From assembly GCA_047601445.1 (NCBI GenBank), contig JASGJH010000001.1, positions 3,840,001 to 3,904,000 on the forward strand: 64,000 nt of DNA. The letters are read 5' to 3'. Source of the DNA: Myxococcales bacterium (lineage in GTDB: Bacteria > Myxococcota_A > Polyangia > Polyangiales > DASUME01). Within the stretch, counting starts at the first letter, position 1. Every line of letters starts with the position of its first letter. Positions 35,872-47,165 of this stretch are shown here, piece by piece. Below the pieces are notes generated by a model. That model was not told where the DNA came from. It saw only the letters and a program-made list of their open reading frames with translations, and ran no database searches. The translations under genes and the position numbers were made by a program.

Positions 35872-36121
35872 AGACACCCGTGAAAACCTGCGGATATCGC
35901 GGGCTAATCGCAGCGACCTCGCAATGCGCTTGCGCGAGCAACCGCGCTTGCGCCGAGCACTGCGCAACGGCTCTTGCGCCCGCAGATTAGGCACAAAACA
36001 AATTGACTACCGCGTCGTGCGTGCGCCATGTTCGTTGCAACGAGCGACTTACCAGAGTCGCGCGCTTTTTCGAACACAACTTCTATTTCTTCCGCGGGCT
36101 CGGCGGGCGAAAGGGATGGTT

Positions 36122-37372
36122 ATGTCCAGCGCACAGGTGCGAGCACCTTCTCATTTGGTGAACGTCATCAGCGAAAGTGTCCAGCGCGGTGTGGACGCTG
36201 GCGTGCTCATGCAGCGCGCCACGCAGGAGACCTACCACGGTCGCCACGTCGACATCGAGGGAGCGCAACTGCTGAATTTCGGGGGTTGCAGCTATCTTGG
36301 GCTCGAGCAGCGCGAGGAGCTTCGCACCGGGGCCATCGAGGCCATCCGCCGCTACGGCACACAGTTCTCGTTCTCGCGCGCTTACCTCGAGTCGCCGCTC
36401 TACAGAGAGCTCGAGGACCATCTCGATCGGTTGACCGGCGGCTTCACGCTGGTGAGTGCCTCGACCTCACTCGGACACCTCGCGACGCTGCCCGTCATCA
36501 TTGCTGAAGGCGACGCGGTGGTGGTAGACCGCTCCGGCCACGCGAGCCTGCATATGGCTCTCTCTGTGCTCAAGGGCGTCCACCTGGAATCGGTTGCCCA
36601 CAACGACATGGCGGCGCTCGAAGCGCGGGTCGTGGAGCTGAGCGCACGACACGAGCGTGTGTGGTACGTGCTGGATGGGCTGTACTCGATGCTGGGCGAC
36701 TTCGCCCCTTACGCGCAGATTGACGCGCTCCTCTCGCGCCATCCCCAGCTCTCGCTGTACGTGGACGACGCCCATGCGACGTCCTGGATGGGGCTGCACG
36801 GGCGCGGCTCGGCGCTGGGACAACTCGTGAATGCCGACCGGATGGTCGTGGCGCTGTCGCTCAACAAGGCCTTCGCGGCGGCCGGTGGCGCCATCGTGTT
36901 TCCGAGCCAGGAGCTGCGTGACCGAGTGCGTCAGTGCGGGGGCCCGATGTTGTTCTCGGGCCCCGTGCAGCCGCCCATGCTCGGCGCCGCGCTGGCCTCG
37001 GCCAAGCTCCACCTCGAGCCCTCGTTCGGGCACCTGCAGGCCGCGCTCATGGAGCGCATCCAGCTCATGAACACGCTATGCGCCGAAGCCGGCGTACCGC
37101 TGGTGAACCACGCCAAGAGCCCCATTTTCTTCGTGCGCTGTGGTCCGCTCGACGACACGTTCCGGCTGCTACACGCGATGCGCGAGCGCGGCTTCTTCGC
37201 CTGCGCCGGCATGTTCCCGGCCGTGCCACACGACAAGTCCGGCCCGCGCTTCACGGTGTCCACTCACAACACGGAGGAGGATATCCGGGCGTTCGTGGGG
37301 GCGCTGGCGCGGGAAGCGAGGGCGGTGAGGGTAAGGTTCCTTGATTTGGCGGGTGGGGCGGCGGTGGTTTGA
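36122..37372 (+). CDS. PLP-dependent alpha-oxoamine synthase family enzyme, copy 2
   Basis: Collinear paralog of 25295-26527 with the same motifs. Confidence 0.9.
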   Translation: MSSAQVRAPSHLVNVISESVQRGVDAGVLMQRATQETYHGRHVDIEGAQLLNFGGCSYLGLEQREELRTGAIEAIRRYGTQFSFSRAYLESPLYRELEDHLDRLTGGFTLVSASTSLGHLATLPVIIAEGDAVVVDRSGHASLHMALSVLKGVHLESVAHNDMAALEARVVELSARHERVWYVLDGLYSMLGDFAPYAQIDALLSRHPQLSLYVDDAHATSWMGLHGRGSALGQLVNADRMVVALSLNKAFAAAGGAIVFPSQELRDRVRQCGGPMLFSGPVQPPMLGAALASAKLHLEPSFGHLQAALMERIQLMNTLCAEAGVPLVNHAKSPIFFVRCGPLDDTFRLLHAMRERGFFACAGMFPAVPHDKSGPRFTVSTHNTEEDIRAFVGALAREARAVRVRFLDLAGGAAVV

Positions 37373-37397
37373 GAAGAGGGGCGGGAGACGAGAAGGG

Positions 37398-37612
<215 letters not shown>

Positions 37613-37653
37613 AGTCCCAGCCCCTCCGTCAACGCCCAACAAGGCCCAACAAC

Positions 37654-38833
37654 CTAGAACAGAATCCACTTCCGTCACCGTAAACGGCAGGTCGAAGGCA
37701 TCCCCTTCCGAAGCGTCGTTGGTGATGGGGGTGAGGTGCTGCTGGTTGGAGACCACGATCAGAGCCGACTTTCCGAGCACCGCGGGTAGGAACGCGGTGG
37801 AGGACGGGAAGTTGAAGAGCTCCGGATCGTCCGCGATGACCTGACGACGTCCGTTGCGAGTGTCTACTCGGATCAAACGCAGCTGCAGTGAGTCCGCCGC
37901 GTAGAGGTAGGGATCACTGGGCTCGTTGGGATTGAAGGCCAGGGCGAGCAGCTGCTCCACCGGCACATTGGCTGGCTTGGCCGACACCAAGCTGATGTCC
38001 GCGGCGCGCGCATGGGGTGCACGGCCGTCGAAGAAGACCGACAGAGGCACCTTGAACAGGCCCTCCGCGCACGGGTTATAGAAGAACAGGTTGCCGCCTC
38101 GCACTGCCAGCGGAGAGACGCCAGGCAAGGTGCTCCCCGAGAAGAGGAACGGCACGCCCCCCACGGTGATGAGCGGCATGGTGTCGCAGAAAGCGAGCTT
38201 CTCGATTTGATCCTCGGGCGCCATGCTTTCGGGCACGATGCCGGGTTTCACGGTACCGTCGCTGTCCACGAGCCAGATGGCTCCCAGCACCGCGTCCGAC
38301 AGCAAGTAGCGGCCGTTGCCCAGATAGGCGATGTCTTCGGCGAAGCCCACCAACACGTCCTCGAAGGAGACCACGCGCTCGAGGGTGGCGTGGAAGCCGC
38401 CCGTGAAGCTGTAGGAGTACTCGTAGATGCGCGGGTTGGCGGGCTCGAAGGGCAGCGGGCTCGGCAGACCGCCAGCGTCGAGCACGGCCATTCGCCGTGG
38501 ACCAATTTGATGCATCATGAACGGCAAGATGAAGCCGTCGGGAGGCTGCGGAAGCTCGCCGATTTGCAGGTTGCCCACGCGCGACATCGCGAGCACCCGC
38601 CCCTCGAGTGGCGAGCCCACGAAGAGCACCTGATTGTCACCGGCCACGCCTGCGGGCAAGTTGGGTAAGGTCGCGATCGGATGCACGAGCGCACGCGGTG
38701 TGATCTCGACCTTGAGATCCTCCTGGGTGCCCTGCACCGCGGGCCCCGAGCTTTCGCTCGGCGCTGGATCCGCGCATCCCACGAGCAATCCCAAGCAAGC
38801 ACCGAACAACCAGCCAGCTTTCAGCAAAGACAT
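37654..38833 (-). CDS. Beta-propeller-like lipoprotein, copy 2 (true stop probably at 37654)
   Basis: Lipobox LVGC; paralog of 26544-27770; removing one base at 37663-37664 gives ...TEVDLF-stop instead of read-through into the repeat. Confidence 0.8.
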
Positions 38834-38930
38834 GGGACAACCTCCGCTTCCGTGCACCGGACACACCTCGACGCCGCGTGCCGACGTGGCCGCAATTCGC
38901 GACGAGAAATTCAGAACGCGAGCGAACTTG

Positions 38931-39443
38931 CTAGCGTTCAGAAACCTGCTGGAGCTTGGGCGCGAGCTGAGCGCGCAAGTTCTCCACGTGGCGCGAGAGA
39001 GCGAGCGGATCGATCGGCATGTGCGTGGCGATCCAGGCCGTGGCCTCGCTGACCGTGGCGAAGTAGGAGACCGGAGACTTACGGTTGCGCACGAGAAGCG
39101 TGATGCCCGAGAGCACACTGCGCGTGAGAGCGGCCTTGAAGCCGGCACCCTCGATCACGCCAGCGGTGCAGGCGAGGTCGGACTGGAAGCCTTCGAGCAT
39201 TTGCGTCGAGGCCTTGCGCAGCTCCTCCGAGGGCGGCTTGGTGTCCGCTTCCACGACGCAGACGAAGGCGGCGTTGGGTCGATGCTTACGCACCACACGC
39301 TCGAGCCCCATGCGCTGCTGCTCGAAGCGTTCGCGAGTGACCTCATCTCGCCAGATCACGACGCACAGTGGACCGACTTCCCCCACGATGACGCCATCGC
39401 CGGAATACAACACGCTGACAGGTAGCGAAAGGTTGGGTGCCAT
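38931..39443 (-). CDS. Myxobacterial STAS/SEC14-like hypothetical protein
   Basis: VVIWR..CVVE..PP..R..VIEGAGFKAALTRSVL..F.TVSEA..W pattern. Confidence 0.7.
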   Translation of the reverse strand: MAPNLSLPVSVLYSGDGVIVGEVGPLCVVIWRDEVTRERFEQQRMGLERVVRKHRPNAAFVCVVEADTKPPSEELRKASTQMLEGFQSDLACTAGVIEGAGFKAALTRSVLSGITLLVRNRKSPVSYFATVSEATAWIATHMPIDPLALSRHVENLRAQLAPKLQQVSER

Positions 39444-39739
39444 CGGCGCTCGGTCTCCAAAAGCCCGATCGATCCTAACCCTGTGTGGCCGCACTAGAGA
39501 AGTCTCACCTGGCAAAAAAGATTGAGGAATTGTACCGGCCCGACTGAGCCGCAACAGGGCTTGCTGGCGACCCGAGTGACGCGCGAAAGCTCTGCCAAAT
39601 CAACGCGCGGACATTCGCGCACTGACTCGATACCGCCGTGCTCTAGTCCAGCTACGTCTGCGTGGAAGGAAACCACTGACGGCGGCTCTGGGTGCGCAGC
39701 CGCAGCGCGACGCCACGCACGGCCAGGCCTATTTGAGGC

Positions 39740-40807
39740 TTACGGGACGGCGCACAGCGCACGCGTTTGCCAGGAGGTCGCCTGGTGCTCCTGGTCGCGG
39801 TCGTCGGTAGCGAGGAACCAAAAGCGCACCAAGAGTCCCTCTTTGGGAGGCACGTAGTCGGGCAGCCTCCACTCGAGCTGAAGCACCTGCTCTGCACGCA
39901 CCTGGTTGTCACGGCGAATCTCGAACTTGCCCGCAGAGGATAGCCCCTGCACCCGCGGGATCTCCTCCCTCATGACACGAGGTGCCCCGGGAATGGGCGA
40001 AGGGTCGAGGTAGCTCTCGCGTGCAGCGGCATCGAGCCCGAACTGAAAACCCAGGCGCTCCTTGGAGCGCAGCTCGAGGAAGCCTTTGCCAGCACATCCC
40101 TTGCTCGGATCGGTGGTGGTGGCGTCCGACGTCCACGGCTCGCCCAGCGCGACGTCATCCATGTCCATGGCCTTGGACCAGGTCACCGTCTGGATGACCG
40201 GTGCATGGTTTCGATCTTCGAGGGAGCGCTCGATGGGGATGGGCGCCGCGATCAGCACGCCGTTTTTCGACTTGTCCGCGCAGGGATTGCGGCCGGCCTC
40301 GAGCACGGCAAAGTCTTGCGCAGCGAGCGCAGCCAGCAGCTTGTCGTCGATGGGCCCTCCGGGACACACGATGCCCTGCACGAGGAGCTCGCTCTCGTCG
40401 TCGCGCAGCTCAGGGGCGCTCGGCACGGTGAAGGCAAGCTCAGGAAGTTGCGCCGGCGGCGTCGCGAGCGACGGCTCGAGCCCACTCTGGGCGAGCGGGG
40501 GCAAGGTGGGGTCGCAGTAGGGCGCCCCGTTTTCATCGCGCAAGAAGCGACACACCGCGAGCAGATACGTCCAGGTCGCTTGCACTCCGGGGCTCCCCAC
40601 CAGCAGCTGGTAGTGGGCCGTCTCGCCAGGCGCAGGCGTGACGCGCGGGTCGTCGTCCGAAAGGAACACACGCCCGGCCAACACGCGATCTTTCTCCACC
40701 GTCTCTGGCGAAGGGAAGTCGCCATCGTTGCAGCCGGAGGCGACCAGCATGACGAGCGCCGCGAAGCGACCCAGTCGAGGTGCAGATGTCGCAAGCCGAG
40801 TACACAT
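39740..40807 (-). CDS. Lipoprotein partner of the TonB-dependent receptor
   Basis: Lipobox ASGC; start overlaps the receptor stop; RVLA..P.PGE, NHAP and DDR motifs. Confidence 0.8.
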   Translation of the reverse strand: MCTRLATSAPRLGRFAALVMLVASGCNDGDFPSPETVEKDRVLAGRVFLSDDDPRVTPAPGETAHYQLLVGSPGVQATWTYLLAVCRFLRDENGAPYCDPTLPPLAQSGLEPSLATPPAQLPELAFTVPSAPELRDDESELLVQGIVCPGGPIDDKLLAALAAQDFAVLEAGRNPCADKSKNGVLIAAPIPIERSLEDRNHAPVIQTVTWSKAMDMDDVALGEPWTSDATTTDPSKGCAGKGFLELRSKERLGFQFGLDAAARESYLDPSPIPGAPRVMREEIPRVQGLSSAGKFEIRRDNQVRAEQVLQLEWRLPDYVPPKEGLLVRFWFLATDDRDQEHQATSWQTRALCAVP

Positions 40808-43449
40808 CAGAACTGACCTCGCACGCCGATGGCCGGGATGATAGGCAAGCCGTTGACCACGCGCTTGGCCGTGAAGTCGTAGTTGTAGAAGAACGCTTCC
40901 TGGTTCTTGTGGTTCAGCGCGTTCTGCACGTCGAGATAGAGCGTGGTCGAGTGCTTGCGCGCCTTCCACGTCTTTTGGATGCGCAAGTCGAGGCGGTTGT
41001 AGGCCGGGTTCCGCCCGCTGTTGACGGCGCCGTAGATGGGTCGGTAGCTCCGACTCGTGAGGTTGAGCACGCGACCCGTGACCGGTGTGTAGGGGTTGCC
41101 GGTGAAATAGCGGACGGTGAGGCCGACGTCCCAGCCGCGCGGCAAGAGGTACATCAAAGCGGCGGTGAGGCCGTGGGTCTGCTGGTAGTCGAAGCGTCGA
41201 AAGTCCATGCCGGGATGGTCTTTGCGCTCGGAGTTGAGCAGCGTGTAAGAGAGCAGGCCCGAATAGCGCGAAGTCACCGGGAGCACGACCGCCGAGGCTT
41301 CCAGACCGTAGACCCGACCAATACCATCGTTGATGAACTTGGGTTGATTCGGCTGAACCGAGCTCACCACGTTGTCCCAGATGTTCTTGTAGAAGCCCTC
41401 GAGCCCAAGCCTGACGCCCGCAGCGAGCTGGTAGTTCAAGCCGGTCGAGAACTGCGCCGAGCGAATCGGGTCGAGCTTGGGGTTGCCCACCGCCGGATGG
41501 GACTCCTCGGCCGCAGGCGGCTGACTATACAGACCGGCGCCGCTCTTCCAGGTCCACTTGGGGCTCAAGCGCAGCTCGGCCACCAGGCGCGGATCGATGG
41601 AGTAGTTGCGGATCTCGTTGTAGTAGTCCGCGCGCAAGGCCGTGTTGATGGTGAGGCGACCGATGTCGATGCCGAGGTCCGTATAGACCCCCGGTTGGAA
41701 TAGTCCGCCCTTTACGTCGGCACCGAACTCGTCTTGGCCGCCCTCGTCTTCGTAGGGATTGCCCTCGCTTTGTCCGAACGAAGGACCGCTGTACTTGGCG
41801 CGATAGCCGCCTGTGAACACGTCGACGCCGTTCACCAGGCGCATGCGCTCTCCGATGCGGGTGAACCATTCGGCGCGACCGTAGACCTGCAGCACGGCGA
41901 GACGCAGTCGCAGGTCGGTGCCCGCGGTCACGTCGTCGAGCGTGGGCCCCGCCTGGAGCGCGATGGTCTGATCGGTGCGCTCGCTGAGCGGCCGCTTCCA
42001 TGACAGCTGCACGAAGTTGAAGCGCGAGGTAGCGTTCACGGCGTTGGCCGCGTCGCTCGCGTTGGCCTCGCGATCGTCCTTGGCGAGCAGGCCGAGGTGA
42101 TCGTTGGAGCCGTAGAACTGCAGACGCAGGAGGTCGCGCTTGGTGCGGTAGGTGCCGATGAGCTGGTAGTCGTAGTAGACGGGGAGCGCGGTGAAGCCCG
42201 TGTCGGCACCGTTGGCCGCGAGCGCGCGCATGATGAGGTCGAACAGGCTGCGGCGGACAGAGCCCGCGAGGGAGAAGCGGCGTGAGAGCGGACCTTCGAG
42301 CAAGATGGAGCCGTCGATGGCGCTCACGTCGACCACACCATGCAGGCCATCGGTTTGGGGATCGCGCGTCTCGAGCTCGAACACGCCGCCCATCTTGCGG
42401 CCGTAGCGGGAGGAGAAGTTACCGGGGTAGAGCGAGATCTGCCGCAACAGCTGGCCGCTATACACGCTGCGCAGACCGCCGAAGTGATAGAGCTGCGGGA
42501 TGGGCATGCCGTCCAGGAACACCTGGCTGTCCTGGGGACTCGAACCACGGATGATCAGACGGCCACTGCCGAATGGCGGCCTCGATACGCCGGGCAAGAC
42601 CTCGACGGATCGGATGGGGTCATTGCCGGTGCCAGGGATGCGATACATCAGCTCGCGCTCGATGGTGCGCCGCGTGACCTCGCGGGACGGAGCCTGGACC
42701 ACGGCGCGCGCTTCGTAGCTGTCGTCGCTCTCTTCGGGCCGCGCGACGAGCCGATAGGTGACCTGCGTCTCTTCGCCTGCGCGTACCTCCTCGTCGAAGG
42801 CTGCGCCGAGGAAGGCCGGGCCAGACACCTGGATCTGATAGGGACCTGGCTCGAGGTCGGCGAGGGCGAACGCGCCGTGTCCGTCGCTGACCAGGGCGCG
42901 CACCTGACCTGCCGCGTCGAGCACGTTCACTTCCGCACCCACGATGGCCAGGCCATCGCGCTCGGAGACGACCTTGCCGACCAGGCGACCGGTGACCGGC
43001 ACGGGGGCCGGTGGAGGCGGAGGAGGAGGGGGCGCGAACTGATAGCGATAGCGGATGCGGGCGGCCACGGGCTGGCCGTCCTTGCGCGCCGGCGCGAAGC
43101 GGAAGTGCAGCAGCGCCTCGCGCGCCGCCTCGTCGAAGCCCTGGCCCGCGCTCTGCACGACCTCGGCGTCGAGCACGCTGCCGTCCACGGCGACAGTGAC
43201 GAGGAGGTCTACGTCCGCGCTCACTCCCTGCGCGAGCGCCTCGGGCGGGTATACCGCCTCGACAGCCTGCGCTACCGAGGGCGGGCTGAGGCTCGGCACG
43301 ACAGGCTCAGGCTCGGCCGCGGGCGCTCCGGTCTGCGCAGGCGGGCCAGCATCGCTAGCATCGCTAGCAGGCGCACCCGCGTCTTGCGCGAGCGCGCGAG
43401 AAAGCGTGCATGAACATACGAGGAGGACCCAAAGAAAGCGCAGCAGCAT
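40807..43449 (-). CDS. TonB-dependent receptor with N-terminal TonB_C and carboxypeptidase-regulatory-like domains
   Basis: AVYPPEA..FDEAAREA..FRFAPAR; plug LPGV..LIIRGS..YHFGG; barrel ending GVRGQF. Confidence 0.92.
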   Translation of the reverse strand: MLLRFLWVLLVCSCTLSRALAQDAGAPASDASDAGPPAQTGAPAAEPEPVVPSLSPPSVAQAVEAVYPPEALAQGVSADVDLLVTVAVDGSVLDAEVVQSAGQGFDEAAREALLHFRFAPARKDGQPVAARIRYRYQFAPPPPPPPPAPVPVTGRLVGKVVSERDGLAIVGAEVNVLDAAGQVRALVSDGHGAFALADLEPGPYQIQVSGPAFLGAAFDEEVRAGEETQVTYRLVARPEESDDSYEARAVVQAPSREVTRRTIERELMYRIPGTGNDPIRSVEVLPGVSRPPFGSGRLIIRGSSPQDSQVFLDGMPIPQLYHFGGLRSVYSGQLLRQISLYPGNFSSRYGRKMGGVFELETRDPQTDGLHGVVDVSAIDGSILLEGPLSRRFSLAGSVRRSLFDLIMRALAANGADTGFTALPVYYDYQLIGTYRTKRDLLRLQFYGSNDHLGLLAKDDREANASDAANAVNATSRFNFVQLSWKRPLSERTDQTIALQAGPTLDDVTAGTDLRLRLAVLQVYGRAEWFTRIGERMRLVNGVDVFTGGYRAKYSGPSFGQSEGNPYEDEGGQDEFGADVKGGLFQPGVYTDLGIDIGRLTINTALRADYYNEIRNYSIDPRLVAELRLSPKWTWKSGAGLYSQPPAAEESHPAVGNPKLDPIRSAQFSTGLNYQLAAGVRLGLEGFYKNIWDNVVSSVQPNQPKFINDGIGRVYGLEASAVVLPVTSRYSGLLSYTLLNSERKDHPGMDFRRFDYQQTHGLTAALMYLLPRGWDVGLTVRYFTGNPYTPVTGRVLNLTSRSYRPIYGAVNSGRNPAYNRLDLRIQKTWKARKHSTTLYLDVQNALNHKNQEAFFYNYDFTAKRVVNGLPIIPAIGVRGQF

Positions 43450-43558
43450 GCGGGGATCGTTGCTTACGGGGTGAGCGACCAAGCGACGTCCGACCTAGAT
43501 AGCCTCGATTGCCCGCGCAGAAAAGGAAGATCACCCGCGGATGACTCGAAGTGCGCCC

Positions 43559-44953
43559 TCAGCGCCACACCGGCGGGTCACTCCCGAGCGGGCCCGCAGG
43601 GAGCACCGGCTCCTGCGCGACGCCTTCGATCTGCCCCGGACAGCGCACGCGCCGCAGGCGACCGAGCTGGCTGTCGACCTCCTCGCAGTGAGGCAAGAAT
43701 GCTGCGAGCTCGAGTTCGGGGCCCGCGATCTCGTCGGCCTCGCCGAGCTGCATCAGGCAATGCGCCGTACCGGCGAGCGACAGCCGACACCTGCTCGCCA
43801 CGCCTTCGTGCCATTGGCGAGAAAGCGCGCGCGCCACGCTGGCCACCATCAGGTAACCGGTGCCGTGATCGAGCGCCTGGGCCGGCAGCGGATGGGGACG
43901 TGCCTGCTCGTAGCGCTCCATGCCGCGTGCGGCGATGCCGCAGCTCATCTGGACCAGGCTGTCGAAGCCGCGTCGGTTGGCCCAGGGGCCCTCACTGCCG
44001 TAGGCGTTGAGCGAGACCTCGATGAGCCCAGGCGCGAGCGACGCCAGACGTTCGGACGAGAAGCCGAGCCGCGCCAGGGCATCGCCACGATAGCCATGCA
44101 CGAGCACGTGGGCCTGCGCGAGCAGCTGCTCGAAGCGCGCGCGATCGGCCGTCTCGCGCAGATCGAGGCGAGCGCGGCGCTTGCCCCAGGTGGTGTCTCC
44201 CAGCGCCGCTTCCACCTCGCTGAACTCGGGTGGGTCGATGCGCAGCACGTCGGCGCCGTACGCGGCCAGAAAGCGCGTGCAGATGGGCCCCGCGAGCACA
44301 CGCGTTAGATCGAGCACACGCACGCCCGCGAACGGCGCGCCGGGCCGTTCGTTGCGTTGCCAGGCGCCGGGCCCACTCGCCCGCGCGTGCCACGAGATCA
44401 AAGGCAGCGCCGCCACCGCCCGTCCCTGCGGGTGGTCGCGGAAGGACTGCGCGCTACGCATGGCGGCCGCGCACCCACCCGCGTCCACCACCAAGCTCTC
44501 GAGCTCCTCCGCCGCATAGGCCTGTGCCACCTCCGCGATCGACGCACGCTCGGTCTGGCCGAGCACGCGCTCCACGGCACGTCGGTGGTGCAGGTAGTTC
44601 GTGTGCAAGCGGACGAAGCCGTCGCGCGTGGCGTAGTCGCCCGCGATGGGATCCCAGATCGCGGGGAGCTGCCAGCCCACGCCCTGGAGGAGGCGCTCGC
44701 TCCGGAATGCCGCTGCGGCATGGGCTCGCTGCAGCTCGATCGCCGCGAGCTGCTTGCCGTGACGGAGGGCGTGGAGCTCGCTCACCGCGAGGCTGGCTGC
44801 GGCCACACAGGCGCTGGCCAGCGCGCTCACCTCGTACACCGAGGGCAGCGCGCGGACGGGCCCTGCGAAGGTCACCTGCTCGATGTGCTGCGGCGCGCCG
44901 CCGAGTTGCTCCCAAAACGTTCGCAAGAAGGTTCGTTCGGCTGAAGCGGTCAT
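43559..44953 (-). CDS. CoA-transferase family III (CaiB/BaiF)
   Basis: VLDLTRVLAGP..GADVLRID, GPWANRRGFDSLVQ, QALDHGTG. Confidence 0.92.
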   Translation of the reverse strand: MTASAERTFLRTFWEQLGGAPQHIEQVTFAGPVRALPSVYEVSALASACVAAASLAVSELHALRHGKQLAAIELQRAHAAAAFRSERLLQGVGWQLPAIWDPIAGDYATRDGFVRLHTNYLHHRRAVERVLGQTERASIAEVAQAYAAEELESLVVDAGGCAAAMRSAQSFRDHPQGRAVAALPLISWHARASGPGAWQRNERPGAPFAGVRVLDLTRVLAGPICTRFLAAYGADVLRIDPPEFSEVEAALGDTTWGKRRARLDLRETADRARFEQLLAQAHVLVHGYRGDALARLGFSSERLASLAPGLIEVSLNAYGSEGPWANRRGFDSLVQMSCGIAARGMERYEQARPHPLPAQALDHGTGYLMVASVARALSRQWHEGVASRCRLSLAGTAHCLMQLGEADEIAGPELELAAFLPHCEEVDSQLGRLRRVRCPGQIEGVAQEPVLPAGPLGSDPPVWR

Positions 44954-44985
44954 GGGAAGAACCATCCTCCCGCTGGCGCGCGTCG

Positions 44986-45011
44986 TCAACGTTGATTAGA
45001 TTCAACATTGA
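44986..45011. promoter_or_regulatory. Tandem palindromic operator between divergent genes
   Basis: TCAACGTTGA (44986-44995) and TCAACATTGA (45002-45011). Confidence 0.6.
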
Positions 45012-45013
45012 TC

Positions 45014-46213
45014 ATGCGCAACCTGCTCAGCACCGCCCAAACCGCCAAGCGCCTCGGCGTGAAGGTCGAAACCGTGTACGCCTACGTGAGCCGCGGCGTG
45101 CTCTCTCGAACCCTGGCGGACGACGGCAAGAGCAGTCTCTTCGTGGCCTCCGAGGTCGACGCGCTGGCGCGCCGCGGGAGGCCGCGCCTCGACAGCAAGC
45201 GCGTGGGCACGGTGGACGTCTCGCTCGGCACCACCATCACGGACATCGACACCAACACCCTGCGCTATCGTGGATACGACGTGCCGAAGCTCGCCGAGCG
45301 CGCGAGCTTCGAGAGCGTGGCCGAGCTCCTGTGGCAGGGCAGCTTGCCCGCCACGACGAGCTGGGCGGAGCTCGCCGCGCCCCATCCCATTACGCGCAGA
45401 ATCGCCGCCGTGCTGCCGGAGGCGAGCCCCGCCCTCGAGCGCTTCTCAGCCGTCACCGCGGCGCTGTCGTGCGCCACCAGCATGCGCAGCGACCTCTCGC
45501 CGCCCGCCGTGATGCGCCACGGTCGGCTCTTGATCGCGCAGTTCGTCCACAGCTTGCCGCGCCTCGGAAAAGCCAGCGCGCGTTCGCCTCACAGCCTCGC
45601 TCAGCTGCTGTGGCCACGCCTCTCCGAGCAGGCGGCTCAACCCAGTCGCCTCTCACTTCTGAACAGCGCACTCATCCTGATCGCGGACCACGAGCTCGCG
45701 ACCTCCACCTTCGCCGCGCGCGTGGCGGCCTCCACGCGCGCCGATCCGTTCGCGGTGGTGTTGAGCGGACTCGGCGCGCTCTCGGGTCCCTTGCATGGCA
45801 AGTCCGCCGTGGGCGTGCACCGCTTGCTACGCGAGGCGGCCTCGTTGCCTGCTCGCGAACTCGCCAGCGCGCCCACGCTCCAGGACCTGGTGCTCGGCCC
45901 CGCGTTCGGACATTTGGTCTACACCGAGGGAGATCCGCGCGGCCGCAGCCTGCTGCGGGCTTGCCTGCCCGCGCTCAAGACGCGCCCACGCCAGCTGATC
46001 GAGCTGGTGCTGGAAACCGCCAAGGCGCGTGCGGCAGGCGAGCCCAACATCGACTTCGCCCTCGGCAGCCTGGCCTTCGCCATGGACATGCCCCTGGGCA
46101 GCACCGACGCTCTGTTCGCCATCGCACGCTGCGCCGGCTTCATCGCGCATGCCCTGGAAGAATATGGGGAGGCGCCGCTGAGGTTCAGAGCACGGGCGCT
46201 GTATACGGGCTGA
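45014..46213 (+). CDS. Citrate synthase family protein with N-terminal excisionase-like HTH
   Basis: LGVKVETVYAYVSRG HTH; DHELATST, GPLHG, FGH..Y..GDPR, NIDF. Confidence 0.9.
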   Translation: MRNLLSTAQTAKRLGVKVETVYAYVSRGVLSRTLADDGKSSLFVASEVDALARRGRPRLDSKRVGTVDVSLGTTITDIDTNTLRYRGYDVPKLAERASFESVAELLWQGSLPATTSWAELAAPHPITRRIAAVLPEASPALERFSAVTAALSCATSMRSDLSPPAVMRHGRLLIAQFVHSLPRLGKASARSPHSLAQLLWPRLSEQAAQPSRLSLLNSALILIADHELATSTFAARVAASTRADPFAVVLSGLGALSGPLHGKSAVGVHRLLREAASLPARELASAPTLQDLVLGPAFGHLVYTEGDPRGRSLLRACLPALKTRPRQLIELVLETAKARAAGEPNIDFALGSLAFAMDMPLGSTDALFAIARCAGFIAHALEEYGEAPLRFRARALYTG

Positions 46214-47165
46214 TCAGCTCTCCGGGCACACTCCCTCACGCCCAAGGGGACGCTCGAGCGCCGCGCGATCCCACTTGGCGCAATCGGCGGCGGCCTCGTA
46301 GGTCGACTGCAGGAAGGAGAGCAGCGTGGCGTTCGGATCCTGAGCAGACCGCACCAGTTCGTAGGGCAACAGGAACTCCCCGAGTTTCTCGTCGAAGTAG
46401 GCCCCTTCGGGCAGCACGTGTCGCTCGCGGAAACCCGCAGGCATGGGGTAGGCATACGAGTAGAACGAGGCGATGTGTTGGTCGTCTCCGGGCCAGAAGC
46501 CCGCACTCGACACCTCGTGCGAGTAGGCCTCGCGCGTCACCTTGTCAGGCAACGCAGGGACACCGCCCGGGTGAGGCGGCGCGCGGCGACCCGAGAAGCG
46601 CGTGACAGCGAGATCGAGGCTGCCCCAGAACAAATGCACGGGGCTCACCTTTCCGAGGAAACCCGTGCGGAACCAGTGAAAGACGCGATCGAATCTCGAG
46701 CAGCACGCGGAAGTAGCGCTCGGCCTGCTCGGGCTCGTAGACACGGGGAGCATCGTCCTTGGAGAAGGGGATGGCGCTGGGAATCTCGTTGGGCACGTCG
46801 CTGACATGCACGTCGACGCCGAACTCGCGCAGGCCCGCCGACAATTGCTCGCGGAACTTGGACACAGGCATCGCCACCAGCGGCTCGCGGTGGGTGCGCG
46901 CGCGGTTGCTGCGCAGCTCCAGGGTCTGGTCCAGGAAGTCGAAGTCGATCTGGAAGACCTGGCGCGACGTGTAGATAGGGCCCGTGGTCAGGCCGTGGGC
47001 GGTCACGTAGAGGGTGGCGTGCCAGGAGTGATTGACCCAAGGCGTGGCCGCCAGCCTCACTTTGCCCACGAGCTGGAGATAGCGGTGCAGGGTCGCGTAG
47101 GTGCCCTTCCCTCTCTCGAAGGGAAGCGCGGGCCAGGGGGACAGGTTCGATGAGGTCGGTTCCAT
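46214..47165 (-). pseudogene. DUF5996 family protein with apparent frameshift at 46692-46693
   Basis: PWVNHSWH in one frame; GKVSPVHLFWGSLDLAVTRFSGR and EAYSHEVSSAGFWPG in the next; one-base repair gives 316 aa. Confidence 0.85.
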
